DNA of 41,641 nt from Terriglobales bacterium (lineage in GTDB: Bacteria > Acidobacteriota > Terriglobia > Terriglobales > Acidobacteriaceae), in NCBI GenBank assembly GCA_049589635.1, contig JBAWBE010000331.1:1-41641 (forward strand). Direction: 5' to 3'. Of this stretch, positions 41,170-41,641 are shown piece by piece (the stretch's first letter is position 1; the number at the start of each line of letters is the position of its first letter). Both the position numbers and the translations under genes were made by a program. Below the pieces are notes generated by a model that did no database searches, was not told where the DNA came from, and was given only the letters and a program-made list of their open reading frames with translations.

Positions 41170-41340
41170 TCATTTCAATTTTACGAATAACAAAACAAAA
41201 ATCGCCCAGACGCCTACCGTCACCGGAAACTGAACCAATTGTGCCTCTCCCACCGCACTTCCTCTTGGAATCAGGTACGTGAGCCCCAACATGGCCAAAG
41301 CTGTAAGTACTCCGAGAACGAATTTCATTTTGGAGTTCAT
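41170..41340 (-). CDS. Possible 56-aa two-TM small membrane protein (MNSKMKFVLGVLTALAMLGLTYLIPRG...VWAIFVLLFVKLK)
   Basis: An internal ATG within the 127-aa track ORF. Two clear hydrophobic helices. The upstream part of the long ORF looks non-protein-like. Confidence 0.4.
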   Translation of the reverse strand: MNSKMKFVLGVLTALAMLGLTYLIPRGSAVGEAQLVQFPVTVGVWAIFVLLFVKLK

Positions 41341-41580
41341 GATTGATTTTATGTCCTTCTCCGCCTCCCCGATCTCCACGTCGCGCCGTCGGGCAGCGGT
41401 GTCCCTGTGATGAGCATCATGCTCGCAAATCGGGGCGAGTGCAATCTCTGGTAGTGGGCTACTTTGAGTCAAAGTAGTCGACCATCCAATCTTTTGGAGC
41501 GTGACCGAAGGCTTGAGTAGAGATTTGTCAAAGTAGGAACTTTTCCATCCCACTTTTGTTTTTACTGGTGGGGTGATTTA

Positions 41581-41641
41581 TGGCGAAGATCATTCAATTC
41601 TTTATCCCTGACAGCTTCAAGAGAAAGGCGCGGAAGTGGAT
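41581..41641 (+). CDS. Possible start of an ORF (MAKIIQFFIPDSFKRKARKW...), truncated by the window edge
   Basis: An ATG opens a frame that runs to the end of the window. Only 20 codons are visible. Confidence 0.2.

Overview
GC-rich bacterial chromosomal segment. Gene content suggests Acidobacteriota by inference only: an Oar-type TonB receptor with a carboxypeptidase-regulatory-like N-terminus, a CadC-like wHTH-TPR regulator and a GloVer-repeat secreted protein. About 37 credible CDS. I saw no rRNA, tRNA, CRISPR array or intact mobile element. Left 15 kb: a polyamine/omega-amine uptake and catabolism supercluster. On the minus strand a MerR+XRE+cupin regulator precedes potD-potA-potB-potC-like genes. 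On the plus strand, divergently, lie a 1271-aa TonB-dependent receptor, a class-III aminotransferase, an APC permease, an aldehyde dehydrogenase, a GabT-like gene and a third class-III aminotransferase. Middle: an AT-richer 600-nt noncoding gap, small secreted proteins, an FAD oxidoreductase plus ABM pair, a CadC-like regulator divergent from a GloVer/IPT protein, DmpA-type and M64 peptidases, and a DUF59 protein. Right: lipid A genes (LpxL-like, lpxD) with a MobB/BioD-like P-loop gene, a SYLF protein, a LuxR-type regulator with a degenerate receiver, an APC-USP permease, then lnt, prfB (programmed +1 frameshift, missed by the ORF track), an HD (p)ppGpp-hydrolase-like gene, a helical-repeat protein, a CoA-binding protein and a lower-GC islet of small genes at the edge. 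Most interesting unexplained signals: (1) interleaved perfect 11-12 bp complementarities in the 106-nt leader of the APC permease that bury its start codon; (2) a repeat- and palindrome-dense control region beside the triple-domain regulator; (3) a dispersed family of 7-8-nt tandem arrays, twice arranged as inverted arrays around a ~43-nt spacer. All functional assignments come from reading motifs by eye; no database search was run.
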